Below are positions 31,206-40,277 of a stretch of 54,256 nt of DNA, piece after piece. The position numbers and the translations under genes were made by a program. The notes under the pieces were generated by a model. That model ran no database searches, had not been told where the DNA came from, and saw only the letters and a list, made by a program, of their open reading frames with translations. Source of the DNA: a bacterium. Lineage in GTDB: Bacteria > Patescibacteriota > Microgenomatia > UBA10105 > UBA927. The stretch is from assembly GCA_021817785.1 (NCBI GenBank), contig JAKAFY010000009.1, positions 1-54,256 on the forward strand, read 5' to 3'. The first letter of the stretch is position 1; every line of letters begins with the position of its first letter.

Positions 31206-31625
31206 ATGCAAGCGCAAACAAAATCTATAAAAGTCACGGATATCAAACGCAGTTGGCATCTGGTCGATGCGAAAGATAAAATACTGGGCAGAGTGGCTGT
31301 CGAAATTGCCGCGAAACTTATCGGCAAAGCCAAACCGTATTTTGTCCGGAATCAGGACTGCGGTGATTACGTGGTAGTCATCAATGCAAAATACGTAAAA
31401 GTCACCGGTCACAAGGAGAAAGAAAAGGTGTATACTCGGTACTCTGGATATCCCGGCGGACTGCACAAGAAAATGTTATGGGAATTACGCGCGGACAAAC
31501 CGGATGAAATTATCCGAAGAGCGGTCATGGGGATGTTACCCAAAAACAGATTGCGTGCGAGTATGATTACAAGACTCCATGTGCGGCCGGAATCCGTACA
31601 TGAATTTGCAGATAAATTTATTTAA
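31206..31625 (+). CDS. rplM: 50S ribosomal protein L13
   Basis: WHLVDA...LGR, GDYVVVINA, SGYPGG, GMLPKN. Confidence 0.98.
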   Translation: MQAQTKSIKVTDIKRSWHLVDAKDKILGRVAVEIAAKLIGKAKPYFVRNQDCGDYVVVINAKYVKVTGHKEKEKVYTRYSGYPGGLHKKMLWELRADKPDEIIRRAVMGMLPKNRLRASMITRLHVRPESVHEFADKFI

Positions 31626-31630
31626 CGCCT

Positions 31631-32128
31631 ATGGCAGATGACACCAAAGCACAGGTAGAAAAAATAGAAAAATCGGAAAAAACGACTGTAGAAACCGTGC
31701 CCTACTATGAAGCAACCGGGCGACGGAAAAATGCAACGGCCCGCGCACGTTTGCATGTCGTAAAAGAGGAACCCATCACGATTAGCGGCACCAGTATCGC
31801 AAAGGGAGTGATCGTGGTAAACGGCCGCTTGATAGAACAGTATTTCCCGGGAGAAGTCGCCAAAAAAATGTATCTGGAACCCTTTCGCACGACCAATACC
31901 ATCGGCAGGTTTGCCGTCAGTATCACCGTAGTCGGCGGGGGACCAGCCGGCCAGTTAGGTGCTGCCATTCACAGTCTGGCGCGGGCATTGGAAAAAGTAG
32001 ATAAGGAAAAATTCCGGCCAATTCTGAAGAAACGCGGACTCATGACACGTGACCCCCGAAAGAAGCAGCGCATCAAAGCAGGATTTGCCCACAAATCGCG
32101 CGCACGGAAGCAAAGTCCGAAACGATAA
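31631..32128 (+). CDS. rpsI: 30S ribosomal protein S9
   Basis: TGRRKNATAR, GGG..GQ..A, TRDPR, QSPKR. Confidence 0.98.
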   Translation: MADDTKAQVEKIEKSEKTTVETVPYYEATGRRKNATARARLHVVKEEPITISGTSIAKGVIVVNGRLIEQYFPGEVAKKMYLEPFRTTNTIGRFAVSITVVGGGPAGQLGAAIHSLARALEKVDKEKFRPILKKRGLMTRDPRKKQRIKAGFAHKSRARKQSPKR

Positions 32129-32132
32129 CGGT

Positions 32133-32717
32133 TTATTTCCCCGATCGTATTATAAATGTCTCAAGAAGCTCCTGTCGTTCTTTTTGGGGTAGATGAAATG
32201 CGTCTCCACGTTGTCTTGTTATTTCCCATAAAATTATCGCCGTTGCGACGGAAACGTTAAAGCTTTGCACAAAGCCTGCCATCGGAATGCTAATTATTCG
32301 GTCAGCGCGTATCAGCGACAGTTTGGATAATCCCGTTTTTTCGTTTCCGACAAGAAGTGCAATTTTCTCTTCAGGAAATTGTGCTGTGCGTAATGATTCC
32401 GCTTTGTCACTAAGTGCCGTCGCTACTGTCGTATACCCCTTTTGTTTCAATGTTTCGAAACATGATAACGAAGAATCGAATATTTCAAAATCCAGCCATT
32501 TGTTTGCTGAGGAGCTGGATGCCTTGCCGATGCGGCGCGGGTTATAGGGCGTTTCTTTTTCAAAAACAAAATACACCGTTTGGATACCTAATCCGTCGCA
32601 GGTGCGTAGTATCGCCGCGGCATTATGGGGATCGTGAATATCTTCCAGGACGACGATAATGCCGGACTGACGGTTATGTGCCACTGACACAATTTTTTGT
32701 CTCCGTGCTTCGTTCAT
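32133..32717 (-). CDS. TrmH/SpoU family RNA methyltransferase
   Basis: DPHNAAAILRTCD, GNEKTG, IPMAGFVQSFNVSVA; the ORF track's longer start overlaps the tRNA. Confidence 0.92.
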   Translation of the reverse strand: MNEARRQKIVSVAHNRQSGIIVVLEDIHDPHNAAAILRTCDGLGIQTVYFVFEKETPYNPRRIGKASSSSANKWLDFEIFDSSLSCFETLKQKGYTTVATALSDKAESLRTAQFPEEKIALLVGNEKTGLSKLSLIRADRIISIPMAGFVQSFNVSVATAIILWEITRQRGDAFHLPQKERQELLETFIIRSGK

Positions 32718-32728
32718 GAATATGTTAG

Positions 32729-32801
32729 TCGGGGTGTCCGGACTTGAACCGGAGACATCACGCACCCCATGCGTGCATTCTACCAACTGAATTACACCCC
32801 G
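32729..32801 (-). tRNA. tRNA-Pro(GGG), CCA not encoded
   Basis: cloverleaf: CGGGGTG/CACCCCG acceptor, ATTC/GAAT D-stem, CACGC-ATGGGGT-GCGTG anticodon arm, TCCGG-TTCAAGT-CCGGA T-arm. Confidence 0.95.
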
Positions 32802-32826
32802 AAATATGTATGTACTATGTTAAACC

Positions 32827-32901
32827 TGCGTGCATTCCCGCCTCGTCGGCGGGTCGCCGGTGAGGCGACTACCAATTGAATTACACCCCGAAATATGTAT
32901 G
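32827..32901 (-). pseudogene. duplicated 5' half of tRNA-Pro interrupted by a 32-nt double hairpin
   Basis: matches 32770-32812 with one mismatch once 32837-32868 is removed. Confidence 0.8.
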
Positions 32902-33016
32902 CCGCTCTGTTAATGTTGCGACATGAACCCAAAACCCATCAATCTCGGGTTGGGCTTCATACCCCGAGTCCTTGTATTCTATCATTTTTTGTGTAAGAAT
33001 GGGTCACGAAGCACGT

Positions 33017-33790
33017 ATGGCTACAGAATTACTTCTCACTGTTATCGGTATTCCTGTTTTTATCTTTCTTGTGTTTTCTCTCCGTATACTGCAGGAATAC
33101 GAACGCGGGGTCATATTTTTCCTGGGACGGCTTACCGGTGTGCGGGGCCCCGGCATGATTTTATTATTCCCGTTTTTGGAAACGATGACGAAAGTCTCGT
33201 TCCGCACAATCACCATGGATATCCCGTCACAAAAAATTATTACCAAAGACAATGTCTCTATCGATATCGCAGCAGTTGCATATTATCACGTCGTTGATCC
33301 CTCCAAATCCGTAGTTGCGGTCGAAAATGTAGAGTATGCGGTAAACCAAATCAGTCAAACGACGGTGAGAAACGTCGTCGGCCAGTTTTTACTCGATCAG
33401 ATATTATCAAAAACAAAAGATATCAATGCACAAATCGGGACGATTATCGATCAGCACACCGAACCGTGGGGCGTGCAGGTGACCGCCGTAGAGATCAAAG
33501 ACATCACCCTCCCGGACAATATGCAGCGGGCGATGGCCAAAGAAGCGGAAGCCGAACGGGAACGGCGGGCCAAAATCGTGGCGGCAGAAGGAGAGTTTCA
33601 GGCGGCGCAAAAATTAGGTGAGGCTGCCGATCTTATCTCCCGGCACCCGGTCGCATTGCAGCTTCGCACCCTGCAGACGATGGCGGAGATCAGTACGGAA
33701 AAAAATTCGACGATTATTTTCCCGGCGCAGTTTATGACGACGGTGAACGAAGCGATACAGGCGATAAAAAGCGACTCGGTAAATAAATAA
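33017..33790 (+). CDS. SPFH/band 7 (stomatin-like, slipin) protein
   Basis: [36 protein letters not shown]. Confidence 0.95.
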   Translation: MATELLLTVIGIPVFIFLVFSLRILQEYERGVIFFLGRLTGVRGPGMILLFPFLETMTKVSFRTITMDIPSQKIITKDNVSIDIAAVAYYHVVDPSKSVVAVENVEYAVNQISQTTVRNVVGQFLLDQILSKTKDINAQIGTIIDQHTEPWGVQVTAVEIKDITLPDNMQRAMAKEAEAERERRAKIVAAEGEFQAAQKLGEAADLISRHPVALQLRTLQTMAEISTEKNSTIIFPAQFMTTVNEAIQAIKSDSVNK

Positions 33791-33824
33791 ACACAACCAC
33801 CTGCCCAAACGAAAGGAGTTCCCT

Positions 33825-34862
33825 ATGCCAGTAGATGCAAAACTTCAAGCCATACGGCTCGCCATGGATACGATCGAGAAACAATACGGCAAAGGATCCA
33901 TCATGAAACTCGGAGAAAAAGCAAATATTCATGATGCCGTTGACGTCATTTCCACCGGCATTCTTCCGTTGGATATGGCGCTCGGGGTCGGAGGAATTCC
34001 CAGGGGCAGGATTATAGAAATATATGGCCCGGAGGCTTCCGGCAAAACGACGGTGTGTCTGTCTATCATCGCGGAAGCGCAAAAAAACAATGGGGTAGCA
34101 GCATTCATTGACGCCGAGCATGCACTGGATCCGCAATGGGCGGAAATATTAGGAGTAAAACTCGATGACCTTCTTATTTCCCAGCCGGACACCGGAGAAC
34201 AGGCACTGGAAATTGCAGAGACGCTTATTCGGAGCGGAGGCATCGACGTCATCGTCATCGATTCCGTGGCGGCGCTCGTTCCCAGGGCGGAAATAGAAGG
34301 GGAGATGGGCGACAGTATGATGGGCGTACACGCCCGGCTTATGTCCCAGGCGCTGCGGAAGCTGACTGCCGTCATATCCAAATCCAAGACAATCGTGATC
34401 TTTACCAACCAACTCCGACAAAAAATCGGCGTCATGTTCGGAAATCCCGAAACAACGACGGGAGGCATGGCACTCAAATTTTATGCGAGTATCCGCATGG
34501 ATTCCCGGAAAATCGAAACGCTGAAAGATGGGGATAAGGTCATTGGCAGCAGACACAGGGTGCGCATCGTCAAAAACAAAGTGTCGCCGCCGTTCCGGCT
34601 TGCGGAATTCGACGTCATGCATGACGGGGTGTCCAAAGAAGGGGCATTGCTGGATGTCGGGGTCGAACTGAGTGTTATTTCCAAGTCCGGAGCGTTTCTG
34701 AAATACGGGACACAAATGCTGGGACAGGGAAAGGAGGCAGCCAAGATGTATTTGAAGGAAAATACAAAAGTGACGCGGGAAATTTCCGATGCGATCTGGA
34801 AAATCGTGAAATCCGGTCATGCACAGCCTAAAGTAGCTCCTGCCGAACCATCGAAGGAGTAA
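33825..34862 (+). CDS. recA: recombinase A
   Basis: [35 protein letters not shown]. Confidence 0.99.
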   Translation: MPVDAKLQAIRLAMDTIEKQYGKGSIMKLGEKANIHDAVDVISTGILPLDMALGVGGIPRGRIIEIYGPEASGKTTVCLSIIAEAQKNNGVAAFIDAEHALDPQWAEILGVKLDDLLISQPDTGEQALEIAETLIRSGGIDVIVIDSVAALVPRAEIEGEMGDSMMGVHARLMSQALRKLTAVISKSKTIVIFTNQLRQKIGVMFGNPETTTGGMALKFYASIRMDSRKIETLKDGDKVIGSRHRVRIVKNKVSPPFRLAEFDVMHDGVSKEGALLDVGVELSVISKSGAFLKYGTQMLGQGKEAAKMYLKENTKVTREISDAIWKIVKSGHAQPKVAPAEPSKE

Positions 34863-34883
34863 TGGCACACATGGGAATCCATC

Positions 34884-35372
34884 ATGGACGAAACGGAATA
34901 TGAACGGTTGTTAGGGGCAGCGATTCGGTTCGTCTCCTTTCGCCCGAGAAGCGAGAAAGAACTTCGGGATTTTTGTGCAAAAACGCTGAAACGTCATCAT
35001 ACGACCGCTCCCCTCGTTATTGATCAGGTTATGTCCCGGCTCACGGAGCTGGAATACGTCAACGACCGTACGTTTGTCGAGTGGTGGGTCGGGCAGCGCA
35101 CCGCATTTCGGCCCAAAGGGAAGCGGATCATCATGTCAGAACTGGGAGCGAAGGGTGTCGCCAAACCGGTGGTCGATGAATACTTTGCTGCGATGGGAGA
35201 TAACCGCGATGAAAAAGCGCTTGCGCAACAAGCCGCGGAGAAAAAACTTGCCCTCTGGCATGCACTTCCGCCCCTTACCCGGAAGCAAAAACTCTATGAT
35301 TTTCTGTCCCGGAGGGGGTTTGACAGCGATACGGTTGGCAGCGTCGTTGACGATGTTATGGGAAAAGAGTAA
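34884..35372 (+). CDS. recX: regulatory protein RecX
   Basis: RPRSEKELR, YVND..F, FLSRRGF; follows recA. Confidence 0.92.
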   Translation: MDETEYERLLGAAIRFVSFRPRSEKELRDFCAKTLKRHHTTAPLVIDQVMSRLTELEYVNDRTFVEWWVGQRTAFRPKGKRIIMSELGAKGVAKPVVDEYFAAMGDNRDEKALAQQAAEKKLALWHALPPLTRKQKLYDFLSRRGFDSDTVGSVVDDVMGKE

Positions 35373-35559
35373 AATAGTCTCTGTAGTCAGAATAGTATTG
35401 ATCTGACACAGGCGAAGTATCAAAAGCATAGCAAAAAGTATCTGTAGGATTATGACCATTCATTCTCATCCTGTATCTCCTACATATTCGGCCGTTTAAT
35501 CACACGGTCTCTTTTTGCCGTCTTATTTGCATCTCGCCTCTTAAGAAAGGATTTAATCT

Positions 35560-37116
35560 ATGTTAGATGTACTAAAAACGTTATCAGGTTTAGTGAAGCC
35601 GCGGCATCAGTCACCTGTTTCTTCGCGTCCGGCTGCCCCGGTAGAGGTTGTAGCCCCCAAAACGGAAACGAAGCCGGCCAAAAAAGGGAAAAAACAAGCA
35701 GCCCCCGTGGTGGTTCAGCCTACCGTGGACTTTGAAGCCCAGCGAAAACTCGCCGAAGCGCAGGCACGGGAAATCATACTTGAGGCCAAAGATGAAGCAC
35801 TGCGCATCCGCCGTGAGGCCGAATTGGAAACGCGCAGATTGGAGGAAGACGTCCGGGGCAGGGAAATCGCTGCAGACCGGAAAGATGCCGCGCTCATCGA
35901 CCGGGAGAAGCGCCTGCTGGAAACAGAAGCATCCCATCTCAAGAAACGGGAAGAAATCGATGCACTCCGGAAAGAAACATTAGTAAAGCTCGAAAAAGTT
36001 GCGCATTTAACCCGCGATGAAGCCAAGAGCCTTATCCTTTCCGAACTGCGCAATGAACTTGCGGAAGATGTCGCCAAAGAAATCAAAGAAGCAGAGGAAA
36101 AAGCCAAAGAAGAAGCGGAACTCAAATCCCGCGAGATATTGGTCGATGCGATGCGTCACGGAGCGACGGACTATGTCTCCGAATACACCGTATCCGTGAT
36201 CAAAGTGACGGATGAAGAAGTCAAAGGCCGCATTATCGGGAAAGAAGGCCGGAATATCCGTGCATTCGAGACGGCTACCGGCGTAGACGTAGATCTGGAC
36301 GAAGAAGGGGTTATCCGCCTTTCCAGTTTTGATCCGGTGCGCCGCGAAGTGGCACGGGTCACGCTAGAGCGCTTACTCCGGGACGGCAGGGTACAGCCCG
36401 GCCGCATTGAGGAGCTTATCGAACAGGTGAAAAAAGAACTTGACCGCATCATGTTCGAAGAGGGGCAAAAGTTATGCCACGCGGTCGGCGTGTATAATCT
36501 GCCGCCTCCTTTGGTCGCTATGCTCGGGCGGTTTAAATACCGGTATTCATACGGGCAAAATATGATCGCGCACACGATGGAAGAAACCAAAATCGGTATT
36601 GCGATAGCCCAGGAAATCGGCGCCGACGTCAATGTCGTGCGGTTGGGGTGTCTTCTTCACGATATAGGAAAGATCGTGACCGAAAAGGAAGGGAACCATA
36701 TACAGCTCGGTATTGAACTGTGTAAAAAATACGGGTTACCGTCAAACGTAACCGATTGTGTCGCTCAGCACCATGAGGACACGCCGTTTACGAGTTCGGA
36801 GTCCATGATCGTCTATATTGCCGATGCGATTTCAGGAAGCCGTCCCGGTGCCCGGTACGAAAACTATGATGAGTATGTCAAACGTCTGAAGGATCTGGAA
36901 GATATTGCCAAATCCAAAAAAGGCGTGACGGAAAGCTTCGCATTCCAGGCGGGCCGCGAAATCCGCGTACTCGTGGATCCCGGACAAGTGGATGATGCCA
37001 CGGCAGTCATCATGGCCAAAGAAATCCGTGATGAGATTGCCAAAAAGGTCATCGTCCCGGGTTCCGTCAAAGTGACGGTTATTCGCGAGCTTAGAGCAAC
37101 GGAAATAGTGAAATAA
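35560..37116 (+). CDS. rny: ribonuclease Y
   Basis: coiled coil, KH domain (KGRIIGKEGRNIR), HD domain (LLHDIGK), ADAISGSRPGAR. Confidence 0.97.
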   Translation: MLDVLKTLSGLVKPRHQSPVSSRPAAPVEVVAPKTETKPAKKGKKQAAPVVVQPTVDFEAQRKLAEAQAREIILEAKDEALRIRREAELETRRLEEDVRGREIAADRKDAALIDREKRLLETEASHLKKREEIDALRKETLVKLEKVAHLTRDEAKSLILSELRNELAEDVAKEIKEAEEKAKEEAELKSREILVDAMRHGATDYVSEYTVSVIKVTDEEVKGRIIGKEGRNIRAFETATGVDVDLDEEGVIRLSSFDPVRREVARVTLERLLRDGRVQPGRIEELIEQVKKELDRIMFEEGQKLCHAVGVYNLPPPLVAMLGRFKYRYSYGQNMIAHTMEETKIGIAIAQEIGADVNVVRLGCLLHDIGKIVTEKEGNHIQLGIELCKKYGLPSNVTDCVAQHHEDTPFTSSESMIVYIADAISGSRPGARYENYDEYVKRLKDLEDIAKSKKGVTESFAFQAGREIRVLVDPGQVDDATAVIMAKEIRDEIAKKVIVPGSVKVTVIRELRATEIVK

Positions 37117-37276
37117 TACGCGTGTGTTGTGTCGCCGTTTTTCCGTACCTTACGGATGTATCGGTACCGGTCATGCACATTAGGCGCACAAATTTTTATA
37201 TAAGGTCGCCGATACCGTCTAAATGTTCTATCCATATAGATTTAGATTGTTATAGTGCGATGTATAAAAATCTATA

Positions 37277-37305
37277 TTGACACGACGCGCTATATCTTCT
37301 ACAGT
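37277..37305 (+). promoter_or_regulatory. sigma70-type promoter for HU
   Basis: TTGACA-N17-TACAGT. Confidence 0.65.
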
Positions 37306-37372
37306 GCCTCATAGAGATCGTTGCAACAATCTCTAAAAATATTTTTCTCGTTCTAACCTTCTGCCCAACGTT

Positions 37373-37482
37373 GGAGGCTTGCCTCCCGAAGTCCATCCTC
37401 AGAAGGCTTCGCAAAATTTTTTCCTGAGGTGCGGATTCCCTTTCGCATGACACAAGGGACGGATAGGAGGTGAAATACACAC
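37373..37482 (+). ncRNA. candidate structured leader RNA (hairpin plus two pseudoknots plus SD), copy 1
   Basis: homologous to the reverse complement of 45664-45777 with pairing-preserving changes. Confidence 0.75.
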
Positions 37483-37755
37483 ATGACAAAAGCAGATCTT
37501 GTTGAAGTCGTCGCAAAGAAAGCCAACTTAACCGCAAAAGCCGCGCGTGAAGCGGTGGCTGCAGTTTTTGGCGCCGTCACTGACGCTTTGAAAAAAGGCG
37601 ATAAAGTGGTGGTAACCGGATTTGGTACCTTTATGGTACGAAGCCGGAAAGCACGCACCGGGCGAAATCCCCAGACGGGGACCGCGATCAATATCCCGGC
37701 GCGCAAGACTCCTGGCTTCACCGCTGGGAAAGCACTCAAAAAAGTTGTCCGGTAA
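37483..37755 (+). CDS. hup: DNA-binding protein HU
   Basis: MTKADLV, GFGTF, RKARTGRNPQTG; SD AGGAGGTGA. Confidence 0.97.
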   Translation: MTKADLVEVVAKKANLTAKAAREAVAAVFGAVTDALKKGDKVVVTGFGTFMVRSRKARTGRNPQTGTAINIPARKTPGFTAGKALKKVVR

Positions 37756-37774
37756 ACCGGTCTCTTTTTCCAAT

Positions 37775-37809
37775 GAGGGGCTCACTTTTTTCTGAAGTGA
37801 GTCTCTTTT
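37775..37809 (+). terminator. probable terminator after HU
   Basis: GAGGGGCTCACTT/AAGTGAGTCTCTT stem ending in T residues. Confidence 0.55.
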
Positions 37810-37843
37810 GGTATCTATCACTTCCGTTGCTGCGAGGACAGAC

Positions 37844-37872
37844 TTGCACTGGAAACACGGAGTGCATATACT
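37844..37872 (+). promoter_or_regulatory. sigma70-type promoter
   Basis: TTGCAC-N17-TATACT, 11 nt before ATG 37884. Confidence 0.6.
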
Positions 37873-37883
37873 TATATGTACCT

Positions 37884-38723
37884 ATGCCACCCAAAGGAAA
37901 AAAGAAACGCGCATCTCTCAAATTAGATGTTTCATCCGGTCAGATTACCGAAGGAACAGACGTTCAAGCAGCGGATAAAGCACCGCAGGAGCCACCGGTA
38001 CGGCAGGTCGTGGAGGTAGTAGATGATGCACAGGTTCCGGAAGCCATAGAAACGATAAAAAAAGATGCGGCGGAGATAGAAGACGTCGTAGAAACCATCG
38101 AAGAAAAAATAGAAGAAGATAAAACACCGGAAACAGTCAGTCAGGCTTCAGACGAAACACATCCGCCGGTACACGAAGAAGTTACGGAAGATGCCAAAGG
38201 CAGTGTGGAATCATTATTTACCCGCGCAACATCTCCGGTAACTCCGGAAATTACGGTAGTCAGCAAACGTGATAAATCTCTGGGCGTTTGGGTCGGTGCC
38301 ATGCTGGGGATTGTTCTGGCTGTCGGAGTGTCCCTTATTTTCTTTGTTCGCGGTTCTTCCCATCTGTCACTTTTTGCCCCTAAACCCACGCCGACGCCGA
38401 CGGCCATGCCCACGCCGACGCCAGCGCCGGTGAGCGCCGTCAACCGAAAAGATGTCAAGGTTTCCGTCTTAAACGGCGGGGGAGTTGCGGGAGCCGGAAG
38501 CAAGATGAAGGCATTTTTGGAGAGCAAAGGATATACGGTGACAAATGTCGGCAACGCAGACGCCTACACGTACGACCAGACGGAAGTGCACGTAAAAAGC
38601 GGTGATGACGCCATCGCCGCATTACTGAAAGACGATCTGAAATCGGATTATACTGTCGCCTCGGCAACCGGCACGGTAGACAGCGCCGCAGACTTCGACG
38701 CCCAAGTCATCGTCGGGAAATAA
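37884..38723 (+). CDS. membrane protein with acidic N-terminus, PT-rich linker and LytR C-terminal domain
   Basis: single TM helix, PTPTP linker, VSVLNGGGVAGAG...VGNAD...VIVGK. Confidence 0.85.
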   Translation: MPPKGKKKRASLKLDVSSGQITEGTDVQAADKAPQEPPVRQVVEVVDDAQVPEAIETIKKDAAEIEDVVETIEEKIEEDKTPETVSQASDETHPPVHEEVTEDAKGSVESLFTRATSPVTPEITVVSKRDKSLGVWVGAMLGIVLAVGVSLIFFVRGSSHLSLFAPKPTPTPTAMPTPTPAPVSAVNRKDVKVSVLNGGGVAGAGSKMKAFLESKGYTVTNVGNADAYTYDQTEVHVKSGDDAIAALLKDDLKSDYTVASATGTVDSAADFDAQVIVGK

Positions 38724-38726
38724 GCA

Positions 38727-39479
38727 ATGAAGTACAAAGCGCTATTTCTTGACGTGGACGGAACTCTCGTCCTTCACGGGATAGACAGTATTCCAAGTTC
38801 CCGAGTCACCCAAGCGATTGCGGCATGTGAACATGCGGGTATTTCTGTCTGCCTGGCCACCTCACGTCCTCCGGATTCCGTACAGAAAATTATCGCGCAC
38901 CTTTCGCTTACCGGTCTTTGCGTGTTGTCCAGCGGTTCACAGATTTACGATCCGAAAACAAAGAAGATCATTTTAGAAAAAGTATGTCCGAAATCGGCAA
39001 TCGATCCGATTTTACGTGTAGCAAGGGCACACAATGTCACCGTACTCATATACGACGGCGAGAAAGAATTTGCATATGACGAATCCTCACCGCCCCGGAA
39101 AATTATCAGTGTCTATTTTCCGGAGCTCCTGCCGGAGATGCTCCAGAAAATTATGAAAGAACTACGCGGCGTTTCCGGGATTTCACTGCACCGTATGGAG
39201 GCATGGAACCCGGAATTTGAAGTCCTGGATATTGTAAACGAGGAAGCATCCAAGCTTCATGGTATTGCCGAAGTTGTGAAACGCATGGGGATAGCCCCCC
39301 ATGAAATTATCGGCGTCGGAGACGGGTATAATGATTTTCCGCTTCTTATGGCGTGCGGGCTAAAAATTGCGATGGGCAACGCGGTCCCGGAGCTCAAAGC
39401 CATAGCCGATTTTGTAGTGCCGTCCGTAGAAGAGGACGGGGTCGCTGTCGTTATAGAAAAGTTTATACTCGGGACATAA
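38727..39479 (+). CDS. Cof-like HAD hydrolase, copy 1
   Basis: DVDGTL, LATSR, K..G, GDGYND..L, AMGNA. Confidence 0.93.
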   Translation: MKYKALFLDVDGTLVLHGIDSIPSSRVTQAIAACEHAGISVCLATSRPPDSVQKIIAHLSLTGLCVLSSGSQIYDPKTKKIILEKVCPKSAIDPILRVARAHNVTVLIYDGEKEFAYDESSPPRKIISVYFPELLPEMLQKIMKELRGVSGISLHRMEAWNPEFEVLDIVNEEASKLHGIAEVVKRMGIAPHEIIGVGDGYNDFPLLMACGLKIAMGNAVPELKAIADFVVPSVEEDGVAVVIEKFILGT

Positions 39480-39484
39480 TACGT

Positions 39485-40231
39485 ATGAAATACAAAGCGC
39501 TTATCTTGGACGTTGACGGGACGCTCGTTCTCAACAGTCCCGAAGCGGTTCCTTCTGCCGGCGTCATCGCGGCGATTCGGCAGGCGGCATCGGTATTGCC
39601 GGTCTGTCTGGCAACCGGACGCGGGCTCCATGAAGTAGCTCCCGTGCTGTCTGTTCTCGATATCAACGGACCGTGTATCCTGGATCACGGGGCACAGGTG
39701 TATGATGCAAAAACGAATCGGATACTCAGGGAAGTCACGCTCTCAAAAGAACAGGTGGCTCTGGCATATGCTGTATTTCATGATGCAGGCCTGCCGGTAT
39801 ATCTGTTCGATGATCCGTCGCATACGGAATATGTTGGTGCGGACTCGCCGAATCCGATATTGGGGTTGTGGTCGCGGGGTGCGAACGCCGAAGAGTCCGC
39901 GCAGCTCGAGAAGGGATTTGCGAGTATCGATGGCATTACGGTCAATAAAACGAAATCCTGGGACGGAATCGGCTTGAGTTTTGAGATCACACACGCGGAT
40001 GCCACCAAACAGCACGGCGTATTAGAAGTTGCGAAATTATTATCTATTGAGCCATCGGAAATTATCGGCGTCGGAGACGGGTATAACGACTATCCTCTTC
40101 TTATGGCGTGCGGGTTAAAAATTGCGATGGGCAACGCGATCCCCGAACTCAAAGCTATTGCGGATTTTGTCGCCCCGCCGGTCGAAGAAGACGGCGTAGT
40201 CACGATTATTGAGAAATTTGTTCTTTCATAG
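39485..40231 (+). CDS. Cof-like HAD hydrolase, copy 2
   Basis: DVDGTL, LATGR, GDGYND..L, AMGNA. Confidence 0.93.
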   Translation: MKYKALILDVDGTLVLNSPEAVPSAGVIAAIRQAASVLPVCLATGRGLHEVAPVLSVLDINGPCILDHGAQVYDAKTNRILREVTLSKEQVALAYAVFHDAGLPVYLFDDPSHTEYVGADSPNPILGLWSRGANAEESAQLEKGFASIDGITVNKTKSWDGIGLSFEITHADATKQHGVLEVAKLLSIEPSEIIGVGDGYNDYPLLMACGLKIAMGNAIPELKAIADFVAPPVEEDGVVTIIEKFVLS

Positions 40232-40277
40232 TTCCCTTACTTCCCTTATCCCCCCTATTTCCCTATAATCGCCTCAC

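Noticed and set aside
32718-32786. N-terminal extension of the TrmH ORF
   Set aside because: It is the tRNA-Pro sequence read as codons
32802-33016. Prophage or island integrated at tRNA-Pro
   Set aside because: No integrase or cargo; the duplicated segments are only 14 nt apart
37373-37482. Leader as a known riboswitch or HDV-like ribozyme
   Set aside because: I could not match conserved cores of SAM, preQ1, c-di-GMP or HDV-type RNAs by eye; the pseudoknots are tandem, not nested. An Rfam scan is still needed
38383-38430. CCCACGCCGACGCC repeats
   Set aside because: They encode an ordinary Pro-Thr linker
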